Shown piece after piece: positions 37,901 through 50,247 of a stretch of DNA of 64,000 nt. The notes under the pieces were generated by a model. It did no database searches and was not told the DNA's origin. It was given only the letters and a program-made list of their open reading frames with translations. The number at the start of each line of letters is the position of its first letter. The first letter of the stretch is position 1. The position numbers and the translations under genes were made by a program. The DNA is from Antedon mediterranea (taxonomy: Eukaryota > Animalia > Echinodermata). The stretch lies in contig NC_092673.1 of assembly GCF_964355755.1 (NCBI RefSeq), forward strand, positions 31,679,648 through 31,743,647, read 5' to 3'.

Positions 37901-40900
37901 AACTGTGACCTGTAGAAAATGAAATATATATATAATATATTGTAAATAGTTTTTGTGGATTGTGACCTTTGATCCTACAACAAAATTCAACTACAGTACT
38001 CTTAGATGATGGATACAAATTGAATTTTGGCAAGAATTTGGTTGATAGATCATTGTGACCAACTGTACTTTTTTCTGTTCTTTTTTTATTTTTTATTCCA
38101 ACTTTTATCTACTGGTTTTATATATATTTTGTATTTCTTTATTGTCTAATTAATTTATTTTCTTTATTTATATATATTTTTTTTTTTTTCCTTCTCTTAT
38201 TTAAATATTTTGTAAAGGCAATCCCGTCACAAGATTGTAATCTTTTTGGGATTTGCCTTCGTCCATTTTCTTGTTTTATCACTTGCCATTTTGTTTTTGT
38301 TACTTTTGTCTTTTGGACGTGAATAAATGTTCCTTGAATTGAATTGAAAAGTAAAGATAGGAAAAAATCATAGTAATCATAGTATAAATATTGTGGAAGC
38401 TCCAAGTAAGATGATGTATTTGATTTTGTTTTTTGGAAAGGTGTTGGAGGCCGTGAAATACAGAAAGAAGAAATACTACTTGTTTCAACTGAAGGTAGGA
38501 TTTGGAAACAATTCCTTACATTATTAGTTCTAATATCAGATAAATAATGAATTTGGACTTCTAAAGTAAACCTCATTTAGCTCTGTGTAATAATGAAATG
38601 TATACACAACGTGCACACCAAAAACCAAAATACATACTGTAAATAACAAAACAGATTCAAAAATTGAAATACATAAGTGCCTGTCATGATCAATCATTAG
38701 ATCATTACAATTTTGTAGAAGAATGTTTACAATGTATAAGATTGTTGTAATAAGATGTTCAATTTGGTTTTGCATAGCTAAAGGAGACCATGGGATGCAA
38801 AAAGAAGAACTACATCTTTCAAAAGAAGGTGCGTTTTAAGAATACAAATTATTTTATTATAGTGCAACATTTCATTGTTTCTGATCATGATCATAGCACA
38901 CATAATCATGATGTATTATGCTTATTTTGGAGATGAGCAGATGCAATCCAAATCTTTTCCTCTCAACTGTCCCGGATATGTACTTTACCTGTCTCACACA
39001 AGATATAGACTGTGGTAGTCACTGAGATTTGATTCTTTATTCTTAGAGCATTGACGAGAGACAACCTCTACCCTTAAGCCTTGTCTACACTATCAAACTT
39101 TATGTGACAAAAAAAATGTGGTGTGCCCATATATGGACATGATGATGTCATATCACTACCATGTTTAAGCATAGCACTACCATATGGGCTAATTAAGTAG
39201 TCTGCATGATTACAGTGCTTGCTTTTCAATTGATTTACTATATTCAGGTGAACTTCTAAAAAATTATGAAAGACGTAAAGAGGAACTTCAAGAAAACCTT
39301 TATTCAACTAAAGAGCGTAAGTTTATAAATTAGTGTTTTAAGTACTTTATACACATTACATTACAATTGTATTAACTTTATATGAAATTGATAACACAAT
39401 AAGAATTTTTCATTTGATAACTAATGAATCAAATTAGCAGTTATAATTTTGTTATTATTGTGATTGTTGATTATAAATAGACAAAATTGGATTATATTTA
39501 AAAACAATTTGGGCAGTGAAACATGAAAAGTACAGTATGAATATTTTTACCAGAGCCAAAAGTGAAATAGCAAGTACTAATTAAATATAAATAAGTTCAC
39601 AACCTTTGTGCTCGGATTATAAGAAGAGAAGCACAGAAAAGTTGTTTTAATTAAAACTTTTCCAGGTCGCATACTACAAGTATTATTCCCAATTTGCTTT
39701 TAAATGGTAGACATAAAACACAAAAACTGTTTCACTTATTTGTTTTTTGTTAATTTAGGAATATGGTAAGTTCATTGATTAATCGTTAGCAAACATTTTC
39801 TATAGAAAAAGAGTCTCGTTTTATATTTTGTCAAACATTCTGCGGGATAATGTTCTATCATTATTAAATTACAATAAACTATTTTCTATAATTAGACAAA
39901 TATCATAACCATAAATTTTAAATTTGTTTTTTATTCTAGTTATTTGTACTATTTCTTGTTTACAGAACAAATAGAAACGTATCTACTTAATAGACACCAG
40001 TGGCACAACATCAACAAATTTACACCAAAAATTTGTAATCCTGATTTTGTAGTTGATGTAAATGATGTTTTCAGTGATTTGGAATTCTGGGAAAAGAAAA
40101 GAAACGAGCCTATAACGTTAGATGGTATGTTAAATGTTATCAAATCCAAACCAGCATGTAAAGTTCTTATAGAGAGTGAGATGGGTACTGGTAAAACGAC
40201 TTTATTAAGATACTTAGCATACAATGCCAAGGAGACTATTAAAGCCCTTGAAGGTAAAATCGTATTCCTTTTAAATGCAAGAGAGTTAGATACAAATAAG
40301 AGCATCTTAGATTTGATGGTAAAGCAACTGAAAATGAAAGATTTCAGTGCAAGGACCAATCTTCCACATGATTCAAATTTGATTAAACGATTCATAGTAA
40401 ATCATGTGGATAAAGTTGTGGTGATGTTAGACGGCTTAGAGGAATTAAGGTTTAAAAATACAAACTTAATTACAATGTTGAGAAAAGAAAACCTAGAGAA
40501 GAGCATTGTGATACTTACAACAAGGTCAGGGAACCTTGATGAATTCATAAAAGTGATTGATATACATGTAAGAGTTGCTGGATTTAGTGAAGATTCTATA
40601 GGAAAGTATGTTGACAAACACTTTGGGTATTTTGGTAAACCAGAATTGGGAAATTCCCTTAGAAAGGAATTGGGTATTGGCAAACAAGTTTGGAATCGTA
40701 AACACCCCGAAATTTTTTCATTGTGCAACAATCCCATGTTTCTTCTCACAGTTTGTATTTTGTGGGAAGATATGCAATGTCTTCCTCATAATAAAGCTGA
40801 CGTTGCTAAAGTATTATTTATTAATATTTTGAATCAGTTTGAAAAAGAGAAATACCCAAAAATCTCTAAATTTAAGAAAATTCCATTGGAATATGAAAAT

Positions 40901-42358
40901 GCTATGATTTTGTTGGGGAAAAGTATGTTTAACAGCTTAAAAGTAAATCAAACCTCAATAAACAAACGAGACCTTAACGCCAACAAGGATATTGTTGACT
41001 TGGCTTTGAAACTTGGATTTGTTTATAGACATGCACCAATTGGAAAATCTAACTTTGAAGTGATTTACATGCCTCTTCATAAATTAATAGGGGAGTCATT
41101 GGTAGGGTTTTACTTGTGCAAATTATGTGAAGCAGAAAGTGTGGAGTGCACAAAGGATACACAAGAATTGCTTACCCAATTGAGTGATGATGACTGGCAG
41201 ATGATAAGAGAAAGTGAGCATTTAGAGGGGGCAAAACAGTTTGCAATTAATTTCCTTGATGGTGATGCGGATAAATTATTAAAGCATTGGATTACAGATA
41301 ATGTATCATATCAAGATCAATTTTTCCGCAGTTGTTATATGACTGTGTCAGCCGACTGCAAAGGAAGAGTTCTTGCCCACATTTTAGGCCTTGCTAATGT
41401 AGTTAACTTTGACATGCATAATTCCAATCTAACAGGTGATGTAATGAATGAAACGATTAGAGAGTGCTCTTATAGAGGATTTGAGTTGACATTACATGCT
41501 CTAAATATTAGTGATAATTACTTTAGTGACATTGATGGTGTTTTACTAGGTAAGTTTTTGAGTACATCGCCTAACCTGATTAAACTTGGCATGCATGATT
41601 GTCAACTATCAGGTAATATAATGAATTATATGATTCTAACATATAAAGGAAATGAGTTGAGATTGCAAGAGCTTGATATTGGAAATAATGATATCAGTGA
41701 CATAGATGGTACTTCACTAGGTACTTACTTGAGTAAGTGTCCTAAGCTGGTTAAACTTCGCATGTATGATTGCAAACTATCAGGTAATGTAATGAATGAA
41801 ATGATGAGAGCGCATGCAAGAGATAAGTTAGAATTACAAGAGCTTGATATTAGGAATAATGATATCAGTGACATAGATGGTGCTTTACTAGGTACTTACT
41901 TGAGTAAGTGTCCTAAGCTGGTTAAACTTTACATGGATAATTGCAAACTATCAGGTAATGTAATGTATATAATGATGATAATGCATTCAAGAAATGAGTT
42001 AGAATTACAAGAGCTTAATTTTACGAATAATGATATCAGTGGCATAGATGGTGCTTTACTAGGTACTTACTTGAGTAAGTGTCCTAAGCTGATTAAACTT
42101 TACATGGTTAATTGCGAACTATCAAGTAACGTAATGAATGAAATGATGAGAGTGCATGCAAGAGATAAGTTAGAATTACAAGAGCTTGATATTAGGAATA
42201 ATGATATCAGTGACATAGATAATACTTTACTAGGTACTTACTTGAGTAAGTGTCCTAAGCTGGTTAAACTTCGCATGTATGATTGCAACCTATCAGGTGA
42301 TGTAGCTTATATTGTGGTCAGAGAGTGTAATAATAGAAGAATCATGTTACTAATGTAG
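25474..42358 (+). CDS. NLR-B: DED-DED-TRADD-N-like x2-microexon linker-NACHT-LRR, 21 coding exons, about 1533 aa
   Basis: Exons 25474-25984, 27071-27448, 28734-28772, 29097-29468, 29930-29959, 30932-30991, 31420-31458, 32072-32152, 32732-32764, 32986-33048, 33550-33627, 34065-34127, 35273-35329, 35460-35522, 35965-36027, 37558-37614, 37699-37746, 38441-38494, 38778-38828, 39248-39316, 39966-42358. All introns are GT-AG and phase 1, all internal exons are multiples of 3 and stop-free (total 4602 nt). Manual model. Confidence 0.78.
26238..26773. mobile_element. Non-autonomous DNA element with TAG...CTA ends (Academ-like) splitting a short HINE-like repeat
   Basis: Imperfect TIR tagttcacgagatag / catctctcggacta; the flanks rejoin to match the repeat at 46790-46880. 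Confidence 0.4.
27071..27448 (+). CDS. NLR-B exon 2: divergent TRADD-N-like domain
   Basis: 126-codon phase 1-1 exon; TSIIFDLRVYDRNALFNLLNLYWENVLIKKLAIILV aligns by eye with the exon 4 motif. Confidence 0.6.
27474..28504. mobile_element. Intact foldback MITE, same family as 1550-9481
   Basis: TIRs with subterminal (A/T)AACCGAAAA repeats, long inverted arms, 8-bp TSD agaaaaat (27466-27473, 28505-28512). Confidence 0.9.
29097..29468 (+). CDS. NLR-B exon 4: TRADD-N-like domain
   Basis: 124-codon phase 1-1 exon; GSIVLYLVSCDSGSMKGLWEMYVSKKLHKDLAKLLV...VEIDIQDY matches the GS-h-h..LW..Y.S..L...LV pattern of invertebrate TRADD-N-like domains (recognised by eye). Confidence 0.68.
30296..30786. mobile_element. 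Tc1/pogo-type MITE with TA TSD
   Basis: ta|ccgtaaatcttctaat...attagaagatttacag|ta; internal ctctaatagtaaccc repeats. Confidence 0.8.
34171..34641 (-). mobile_element. Solo LTR (471 bp), probably antisense to NLR-B
   Basis: TGT...ACA ends, exact 5-bp TSD ctcat (34166-34170, 34642-34646); minus-strand TATATAAG near 34440 and ATTAAA near 34275. Confidence 0.72.
39966..42358 (+). CDS. NLR-B terminal exon: NACHT plus 5 LRR pairs
   Basis: Acceptor tttacag at 39965; paralogous to 11559-18181; Walker A SEMGTGKT, Walker B MLDGLEEL; five 57-aa units from 41510. Confidence 0.93.
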
Positions 42359-42818
42359 TGTCATATCATTGAGAAGTAGGCATCTCAAAGTTGTTTATTT
42401 TATTACTTCTTATTGTATTACTGCCTGGAATGCCATGATAGACAATGCAGGTGCTTTTGTAGGCCAGACAACAGTTGTGGTGGTTTGATTGCCATTTAGT
42501 ATGATTTGGGTATTGTAGTAACTTTACTGGGTTACTTTGGGTTATGTTTTTTTAATTTTTTTATTTTATAACATAGCATTTGTGTTGTTCAGTAATGTTA
42601 AGTGAAAGTGCTATTAAACTATGTGGTATTTAAATCATTTGTATGAGTTGTTTCAGAATGTGTTTTTAAAAATCAATCAATTTTTAGACCTGAACACATT
42701 GAATTTTGTGTGGCATTATTTACATTGTTAATACTGTTATAATAATGATGTGTTAATTTTTTTTCAATTTGAAAATGTTTGTGTATGTTTTTGTTTACAG
42801 TAATATAAACTTATAATA

Positions 42819-44182
42819 TCTATATTATAAGTGAGAGAGTTTGTCTGTCTGTTTGTCTGTCTGTTTGTTTGTTTGTTCTTTATACAAAATTTTGTTACTG
42901 CACATAATCTTACATATGGGGTATCAAAATGCCTGCAATTGTACCGGGAATGTCCTAAGCTATATTTCAACATCATCCGCCACCTAGGATCCATGTTAGG
43001 GACCAAAATGTGGTCAAAACCCCCACTTTCGATGTTTGTTCGTTATACAAATTTCTGTTTCTGCACGTAACCATACGTATGGGGTATCAAAATGATGGCA
43101 ATTGTACCCGGAAGGTTTTAAACTACATTTTAAAAAATTCCCCCGACTCCTGGGGTTTTTGTGGGAGGGGTGGGGAGGGGGGGGTGTGGTGGTTTGTGAT
43201 GTCAGTTTTGCTAGGGCTCGGGGTTGTAGGCTATCGAATTGTAAAATTATACTACAAAAGTTTGACAGTATTTTAATTATCCTCACCAAGGCGTATATAG
43301 ATATACATATTTTATTCATTAACCAATATGACACCTATTCAATTACACATTTAGCAAAGTACTTTAACCATATCCAGCTATGTATCGGTCTCTTGGATTT
43401 TCTCATTACAGACATCCATTCCTGTGTGAACATACACACGTTGTTTACCGTTACTGTGTTCAACTACATTACGATGCCTCCAAGGAAAAAACGTCCATTG
43501 TGGGAGAGTGGATTTGGGAGTTGTGAGTTGGGAGTTGTGGTTCAGGGGATAGTGGGGGTTTTGCTTTGCTATTGTGTTTGGATTTAATTATTCCTGGGAA
43601 GCGGCTGTGAGTTTGGGATGGGGATTTAGGCCTATCACCATGACCGAAACTGTATTTGGAATGTTTTAAACTACATTTGAAAACTGCCACTTCAACACAT
43701 CACCCAGTGTATCTGGGGTGTGTTTGTAGGGGGAGGTGGAAGAGCGAAAATATTGGCGTAATGAAGTAGCCTATATGCTTGGAATTGTACTAGGAAAAGT
43801 TACTATATTTGAACTGTCTAGGGGAGGAGTTAAGGTTTGTTGATTGTGGCTGGGGTGGTGAGAGGAGAAAGAAGGCTGGGGGCCCGCAGTATCTAAATTA
43901 GATATTTTAATTATCAGCCAATATGACACCTATTCATTTACACAATTTACAACATACTTCAACCATTATTAGACCCATCATAGCTATGTATACTCCTCTC
44001 AATTTGAAGCTTACGTTGAATTGAATTTGTCCATCACTGGGAAGAATTTGTTTTTAAAAAAGAGTATGGGGTGGTATAGAAGAAGGGTGGAGATTGGTGA
44101 GTATAGACAGATACTGGCGTCGGGTGTTGAGAAGGCTTTAAACTAATTTTGAAACCCGCCCTGGGGCGGGTATAATTGCTAG
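42819..44182 (+). mobile_element. Non-autonomous Helitron
   Basis: 5' TC start, (CTGT/TTGT)n microsatellite near the 5' end, 3' hairpin cccgccc-tg-gggcggg (44155-44170), CTAG terminus, inserted between A and T without TSD; absent from the NLR-A flank. Confidence 0.85.
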
Positions 44183-44631
44183 TAATATTATAACAATGCC
44201 TTACTTTTATTAAATTTGAACATTGTGTGTATTTTTTTGTTTATAGTGGAATATAGCTATTTTTTATAGTTTTTAACCGATTGACTACAAATTTGTTTTG
44301 CTTATTACTATCACTAGTATTTAAGTTTTTTCTGAAGTAACCAATGAATCAAAATCAACCCAAAACTGAAGGTAGAAATGATAAAACGGTACACAAAGTA
44401 ATCATCAAGTGTGGTTACAGTAGTTGGGTCATGGCTCATTTGAAGATTTGTAGTTAGCAGTATTATGTAGGAAATATTTAATCCATAATAGTAGGTCTAT
44501 AGTCATCTGTTTATTTTGAAATGTAGATACTTCTGTAAATAAATGTCTTGAATATATATTGAAATATTATACACAGATAATTATGTTGATATTTATCACT
44601 ATATACAATTATTATATTGTAAATAAAAAAC

Positions 44632-46770
44632 TTTAATTTTGTCACCAACTCTATATCTTACAGTGGAATTGATGTGGAAACTGACCATAGAATAGTAAAA
44701 AGAAACCAAAAAAGAAATGTAGAGTAATTGACGTAGAAAAATTAATTGAAAGGACTAATCAAGAAAAATACCAGGATAGAGTGAAAGAGTCATTAGATAC
44801 AGATAAACTAACTAACGTTGACGTGACACATTTAAACGATGGGGGCTTATTGCAGACGTCTGTAAAGATGCAGCAATAAATGTAGTAGGATTCAAAGAAA
44901 CTCTAAAAGTAAATAAAATACAAAATGATGAAATTAAGAAACAAAAGAAACTTAGGCTAGAAATAAACGCATGCAAACAAAATGATGATAGGATTAAAAT
45001 GAAAAAACAACGAAATATAGTACTCAAGGAAATTCATAATAAGATCAAATATGAGGAAGAAAAAACAATAAGTAGACAAATTGAAGAACTAGAGAAAATA
45101 AAAGATGAACCAAATAAAATGTTTCAAGCAATAAGACATCTAAAAAGAACAGAAAAAACAGATAAGAGTTTTGTATACGACTGTAGAAATAGCATAATTA
45201 CCAATGAGACAGAACAAGTAAAAATTATAACTATTATAAGTTATTTCAGAGAAGTCTATGAGAAGAAAGGAGTTGAGAAGAACCTAGGAATTGATAAGAT
45301 AAGGATGAAAAATCCATTTAAGATAGAAGAAATTAAATTAGCTGCTAAGAAACTGAAAAATGGGAAGAGCCCAGGGCCAGATGATGTTCACTCTGAACTT
45401 ATAAAAATATGCACCTGACAACATTTTCAGTAGTATTGCAACTATGTTCAATGATAATGGTTATGACAGGAAAAGTGCCCCATGATATCACAGAAGGCAT
45501 CATAGTTCCATTACATAAACCAGGCAAACAAAAGGGTATCGTAAAGAACGTTAGACCAGTTGTCCTCCTCAATATCATTAGGAAACTTTTGGCCATTTGC
45601 CTTATAAATAGAATTGATGATAAGCTTAGGACCATTATACCACCCTCACAGGCAGCATACTGTAAAGGAAGGAGTGTCACTGAACATGTGTTTACTCTCC
45701 GAACACTAGCAGAAAAAGCAATCACATCATCAGACTACGAAATAAATGTACTCATGTTAGACATGAGCAGTGCCTTTGATACTGTAGACAGGAAAAAATT
45801 AATTGATATAATATCTCACATCCTTGAACCAGAAGAACTAAATATTATCAAATTCCTTATAGAACAAGTAGATCTTAGAGTAAGGATTGGGAAGGAAATA
45901 GGCGACCCAATTAAATCAAACATAGGAGTACCACAGGGAGACTGTCTTAGTCCCATCCTTTTCATTACATATCTAGCACATATCCTACAAAAATATGAAC
46001 AAGAGCAACAACAAAAACAAAAACAATATACACCTGAATTTACATTAAACATCAATATGCAGAAGATATACATAAATGAAATAAATACAGACATTCCACG
46101 GTATCTACAAGACTTATAATCTAAAAGTTAACCCGTCAAAAACAAAGATTTTAAAATAAAAAGGAAAGGAAATGAAGACTGGCGAAACTGCAAATTCCTT
46201 GGAAGTAAATTGGGAACCAGAGAGGATGTTAATAACAGAAAACGTCTCGCATTAGCAGCTTTCAGCAAGATAAATCACATACTCCAAAATAGAAAAATAA
46301 CAATAAACCTGAAAATAAACGATAAACGTATATATTACAAGCATCTTTCTGTATAATTGTGGACAATGACAGCATCACTAAAAAGCGAAATCGATGTCTT
46401 TCAAAGAAAATTTCTAAAGAGAATAATAGGCATAAGGTGGCCGGAGAAAATAAAAAATGAAGATTTGTACAAAAGAACAGGAGAAATTGAGTGGAGTAAG
46501 AATGTAAAGAAAAGAAGGCTGACATGGTATGGTCACCTGCTCCGTTTAAATGAAAATACACCAGCTAAGATCGCACTCGGAGAGGCTCAGAGAAAGACCA
46601 AAAGACCAAAAGGAAGACCAAAAACAACATATGGCAAACATAAAAAAGGAAACAGAACTTTTCACACGCGGACCTATACACATGCTTGCTCAAAAACGTA
46701 CTGAGTGTCGAACACAAGTGAGACGCGCAATGTCTAACGACGATTAGCGTTTTAAGAGAGAAATAAAAAG
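44632..46770 (+). mobile_element. 5'-truncated, frameshifted RTE-group LINE (reverse transcriptase remnants)
   Basis: KLKNGKSPGPD, RPVVLLN, DMSSAFDTVDR, GVPQGDCLSPILF, QYAED, RRLTWYGHLLRL, RPKGRPKTT spread over several frames; absent from the NLR-A flank. Confidence 0.88.
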
Positions 46771-46789
46771 ATCTGTTGTAGACTGGTTA

Positions 46790-46880
46790 TTTTTACTCTA
46801 TAACTCACTATGTCGGTCGGTCGGTAAACACTAAATTACTCAAATTTGCGCACACGACTGCATCCATGTATGGCCTTGTT
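46790..46880 (+). mobile_element. Short HINE-like repeat copy
   Basis: Similar to the reverse complement of 686-790. Confidence 0.45.
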
Positions 46881-47331
46881 GGCTATAAGTTTTAACAAAT
46901 AGTTGATTAGACCACTCTATCATAGTAATGGCCTTTCATAAAAACTACTGCAATTGAATTGAATATTTAGCTAAGACTGTTTGTTTGATCGTATCCAAAG
47001 CAAGTTTGAGGTACTCCTACCACTCACACCCACAAAGTTTAATTATCTGGCTTTGTCAAGAAAAATACCTGGTTTTAGAATATAACCTATGATATTCCAT
47101 GTACAATATGTTGGCAAATTAATGAAGCTTTTGCATTTAGACAACTACTACTACTGGAGACTCACCACCGTACATTGCCCTTTAGAGGTTTAGGGTTAGT
47201 AACTATAGTTAGACAATTAACATTGAGAACAACTAATTGGAAAGGAGGCAAATCAACCAAATCAGCAATTTGGGACAACATAGGAACTAGTTATGTCATG
47301 GTAAATTCATTATGTGCATGCATGTACATTG

Positions 47332-48148
47332 TACGGTGGCTGATTTCCGCCAAAGAAATTTTTTTTTTATAATAATACGGCGTAAGGGCGTTATAACGCC
47401 GTATTAGGGCGTTATAACGCCGTATTAGGGCGTTATAACGCCGTAATTAGGGCGTTATAACGCCCTAATACGGCGTTGGGGCGTTATAACGCCCTAAATA
47501 TACAATCTGTTCACACGTACATGCGCATGCGTAGTACATCAACAAACCTCTCGGCGCATTCACAGATTTTAGAAAGTCACGTGGTACATTACTGGCCATC
47601 TTTGTGTCCAACTATGCCTATGTTGTGTATGGAGTCGAGTCATGTGCTTAAAAAATGTATAACATTCACAAGGTTTTAAATATCAAAACAATCAAGGTTT
47701 TTGTTAAGATAACGCAATCTTAAAGTTACTGCGAAGATGATTTTAAACAACAAAATGTAAAAACAATGCATTACTACAGAGAATCGCTGTAGGCCTACAA
47801 AATAAACACGTAGAGCCAGCCAGCCAGAGCCGTTAAATTAAATGGATTAAAGCTATTTTTTTTTTGTTTTTTTTTTAAATCATCAAAAAATAATGTTATT
47901 ATTGTTTTAACAAAAACCTTTAAAAAAATTGATTCAATCCATTCAAAGTCGCAACTCTTTATGGCTCTGGATTTGTTGATGTACTACGCATGTGCATGTT
48001 GTACGTGTGAACGGATTGTATAATTAGGGCGTTGTAACGCCGTAATACGGCGTTATAACGCCGTAATACGGCGTTATAACGCCCTAATACGGCGTTATAA
48101 CGCCCTAATTAACAAAAATGTTTTCTTTGGCGGAAACCAGCCACCGTA
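47332..48148. mobile_element. MITE with TACGG...CCGTA ends and 6-bp TSD (IS3EU-like)
   Basis: TIR tacggtggctg(a/g)tttccgccaaagaaa; TSD acattg (47326-47331, 48149-48154); empty site with a single acattg at 19548-19553; subterminal arrays of the palindrome ggcgttataacgcc. Confidence 0.88.
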
Positions 48149-48364
48149 ACATTGAGTAGTATAGGTTCTAGACTCTGTTTTGCACATATGGCATTTCATA
48201 CATATTATACATGGGCTTGAAAAATCCAGACAAAAATTGAAACACTGACTGATGGACTAACATGAAAAAGACAATAACTACAGACTTGGGGTAAGTCTTG
48301 GATCGACAACCAATAACATATGCATAGTTGTAGATCATAGGTCATTCCAATTCAGAGTGATTGA

Positions 48365-48418
48365 ACCGAAACAAAATAAAACAACACAACTTTGTATCTG
48401 AAAATAAGATGCTTTATT
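48365..48418 (-). terminator. Probable CTR1 polyadenylation signal with GU-rich downstream element
   Basis: Minus strand AATAAA (48418-48413) followed about 22 nt later by gttgtgttgttttattttgttt. Confidence 0.55.
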
Positions 48419-50247
48419 TTCATACATTAAAGCAACAACATTTAACATGCATGATAAGGCTAAACAAATTATAATAAAATTATACAGAAAAATGTTTCAA
48501 GTTAGCTACTATTAATGTAATGATTAAAACATTGATTACCATTGATATGGTAACAGCAAAAATTGAACATTTGTATATAATCCAATTGGACAACATTTTG
48601 TAAATTAAGTGGCAGAATTATACTCAGAAAACAACATTTTAGCTGGTTTTCACTATGCAAATTGAACATTACTCAGCTCTGATTGGTTGATATTTCTTTT
48701 CTTCATATCACAAAAAATAGATAGAAACATGAATACATGCATAAAGTAATGCTTTTGATTTGCCGAAAATAAATTCACCCAGTGGAAAACAGGCTTTACA
48801 CTTGCCTGATTTTAGTAATACCCAAGTCAGATGAAATTAAACATAAAACTAAAGGTACAACACTAAACTAATGTAAGGGAGGATGTTGTGTGAACAGAAC
48901 CTTATTGGAAACAAAAATGATCAAGGTAAACATTTTCATATGTCTTATGACTGATAATGTACTTGAGTTGCTTATTAAATGATTAATAATAGTTAATGGG
49001 ATGGTACTCGTTGCTTCATATAATAATATTCAAACATAATTATTAAAATATTAATAAAAGCTGCTGTATAATTAATTATAGCACAATACTAATAATATTA
49101 ACATAAAAGCATATATAAGTCATAATGATTATAATACAGTGTTACAATAAACTAAATTAAGCTCTATTTAATAAATTCTAACTAATATTTAATTTATTTT
49201 TTAAACTGAGATAAAATTAAATATTATTTACTAGGCCTATACAGTACCTAGACAGCCAGGTATTATATGAATATAAGAGGATTTATATGTTTATTGTACA
49301 TGATTTCATACCCAACAGTGTCACACAAACTGTCAATGTATTTAAAGAATTGACATGCTTAACAAATGTCTAACCTATTCTTTCAAAGTAAGGTAAACAT
49401 AGTCGCATGGTACACATTGACGTACCTACAAGAAATAAAGTGGTGCAGTGATTACAAAAAAAAAAGCGAAAAATCTGTGTAGACCACAGGGTTGTCAAAG
49501 ACCACTGTGAAAAAGTGGTCATGTTGAAACCTTACAGTACTGGTGACTATGGCCCTGGTATTAATTTACTTGTATCCATATAATAAAGTAATGTAAAAAT
49601 ATTATATTAATATTTTAGCACCATTCATATTTCAGATACATTTAAAAATCTTTGACAATTTTCTTTTGGAACAGATTAGGATGACTGTTTGAGGCAGTAC
49701 TCATAGCTATTCCACAACATGCGCTTATTTTTGTTTCTTTGTACCCTCAGTACAAAGAAACTAATATCTGTTATTTAATAAAATTCTTAAATAATTCTTA
49801 AAACATTTTATAGACACATATAAGAGAATAAAATTATTCAATAAATTTTTTCGTTATCAAAATAGATTGGTCAAGATGATCACACTTCTTATTTAAAAAT
49901 ACGTTCTGTTGCATTTTGTAATTTAAAGTACTGGAATGGCCTATACAATGTTAAAGTTACACCAGCTAGAAGGAAGAGTGGAGAGGGAAAGGGGACAGTT
50001 TGTTTAAAAAAACATCCTTTATAATGGATGTCATAATAAAAGCTGATCTTTTTTTATATATTTTAAAATAAAAAACTACCCTTTTGGAAGCATCCTTAAA
50101 ATTGGTGAATACCTACCCTATGTATGAGCCCCATCCCTTATAAGCCAATCCTCACACACCCCTAACTTAAAATGCACATGACTATTAAGTCAGTAGAGTT
50201 TTTCTTTATTAAAAATGTCATCGTCTCAAAATATACATAATGTAAAA

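Larger units (their letters stand above)
29930..39316 (+). other. Array of 16 consecutive symmetric micro-exons (30-81 nt) of NLR-B
   Basis: Each is flanked by a pyrimidine tract plus AG and a GT donor, is phase 1-1, and most fall into four sequence families. Confidence 0.78.

Noticed and set aside
47387-47500. Regularly spaced palindromes resembling CRISPR repeats or operators
   Set aside because: Spacers are only about 6-8 nt and repetitive, and the array is mirrored at the other end of a TSD-flanked MITE
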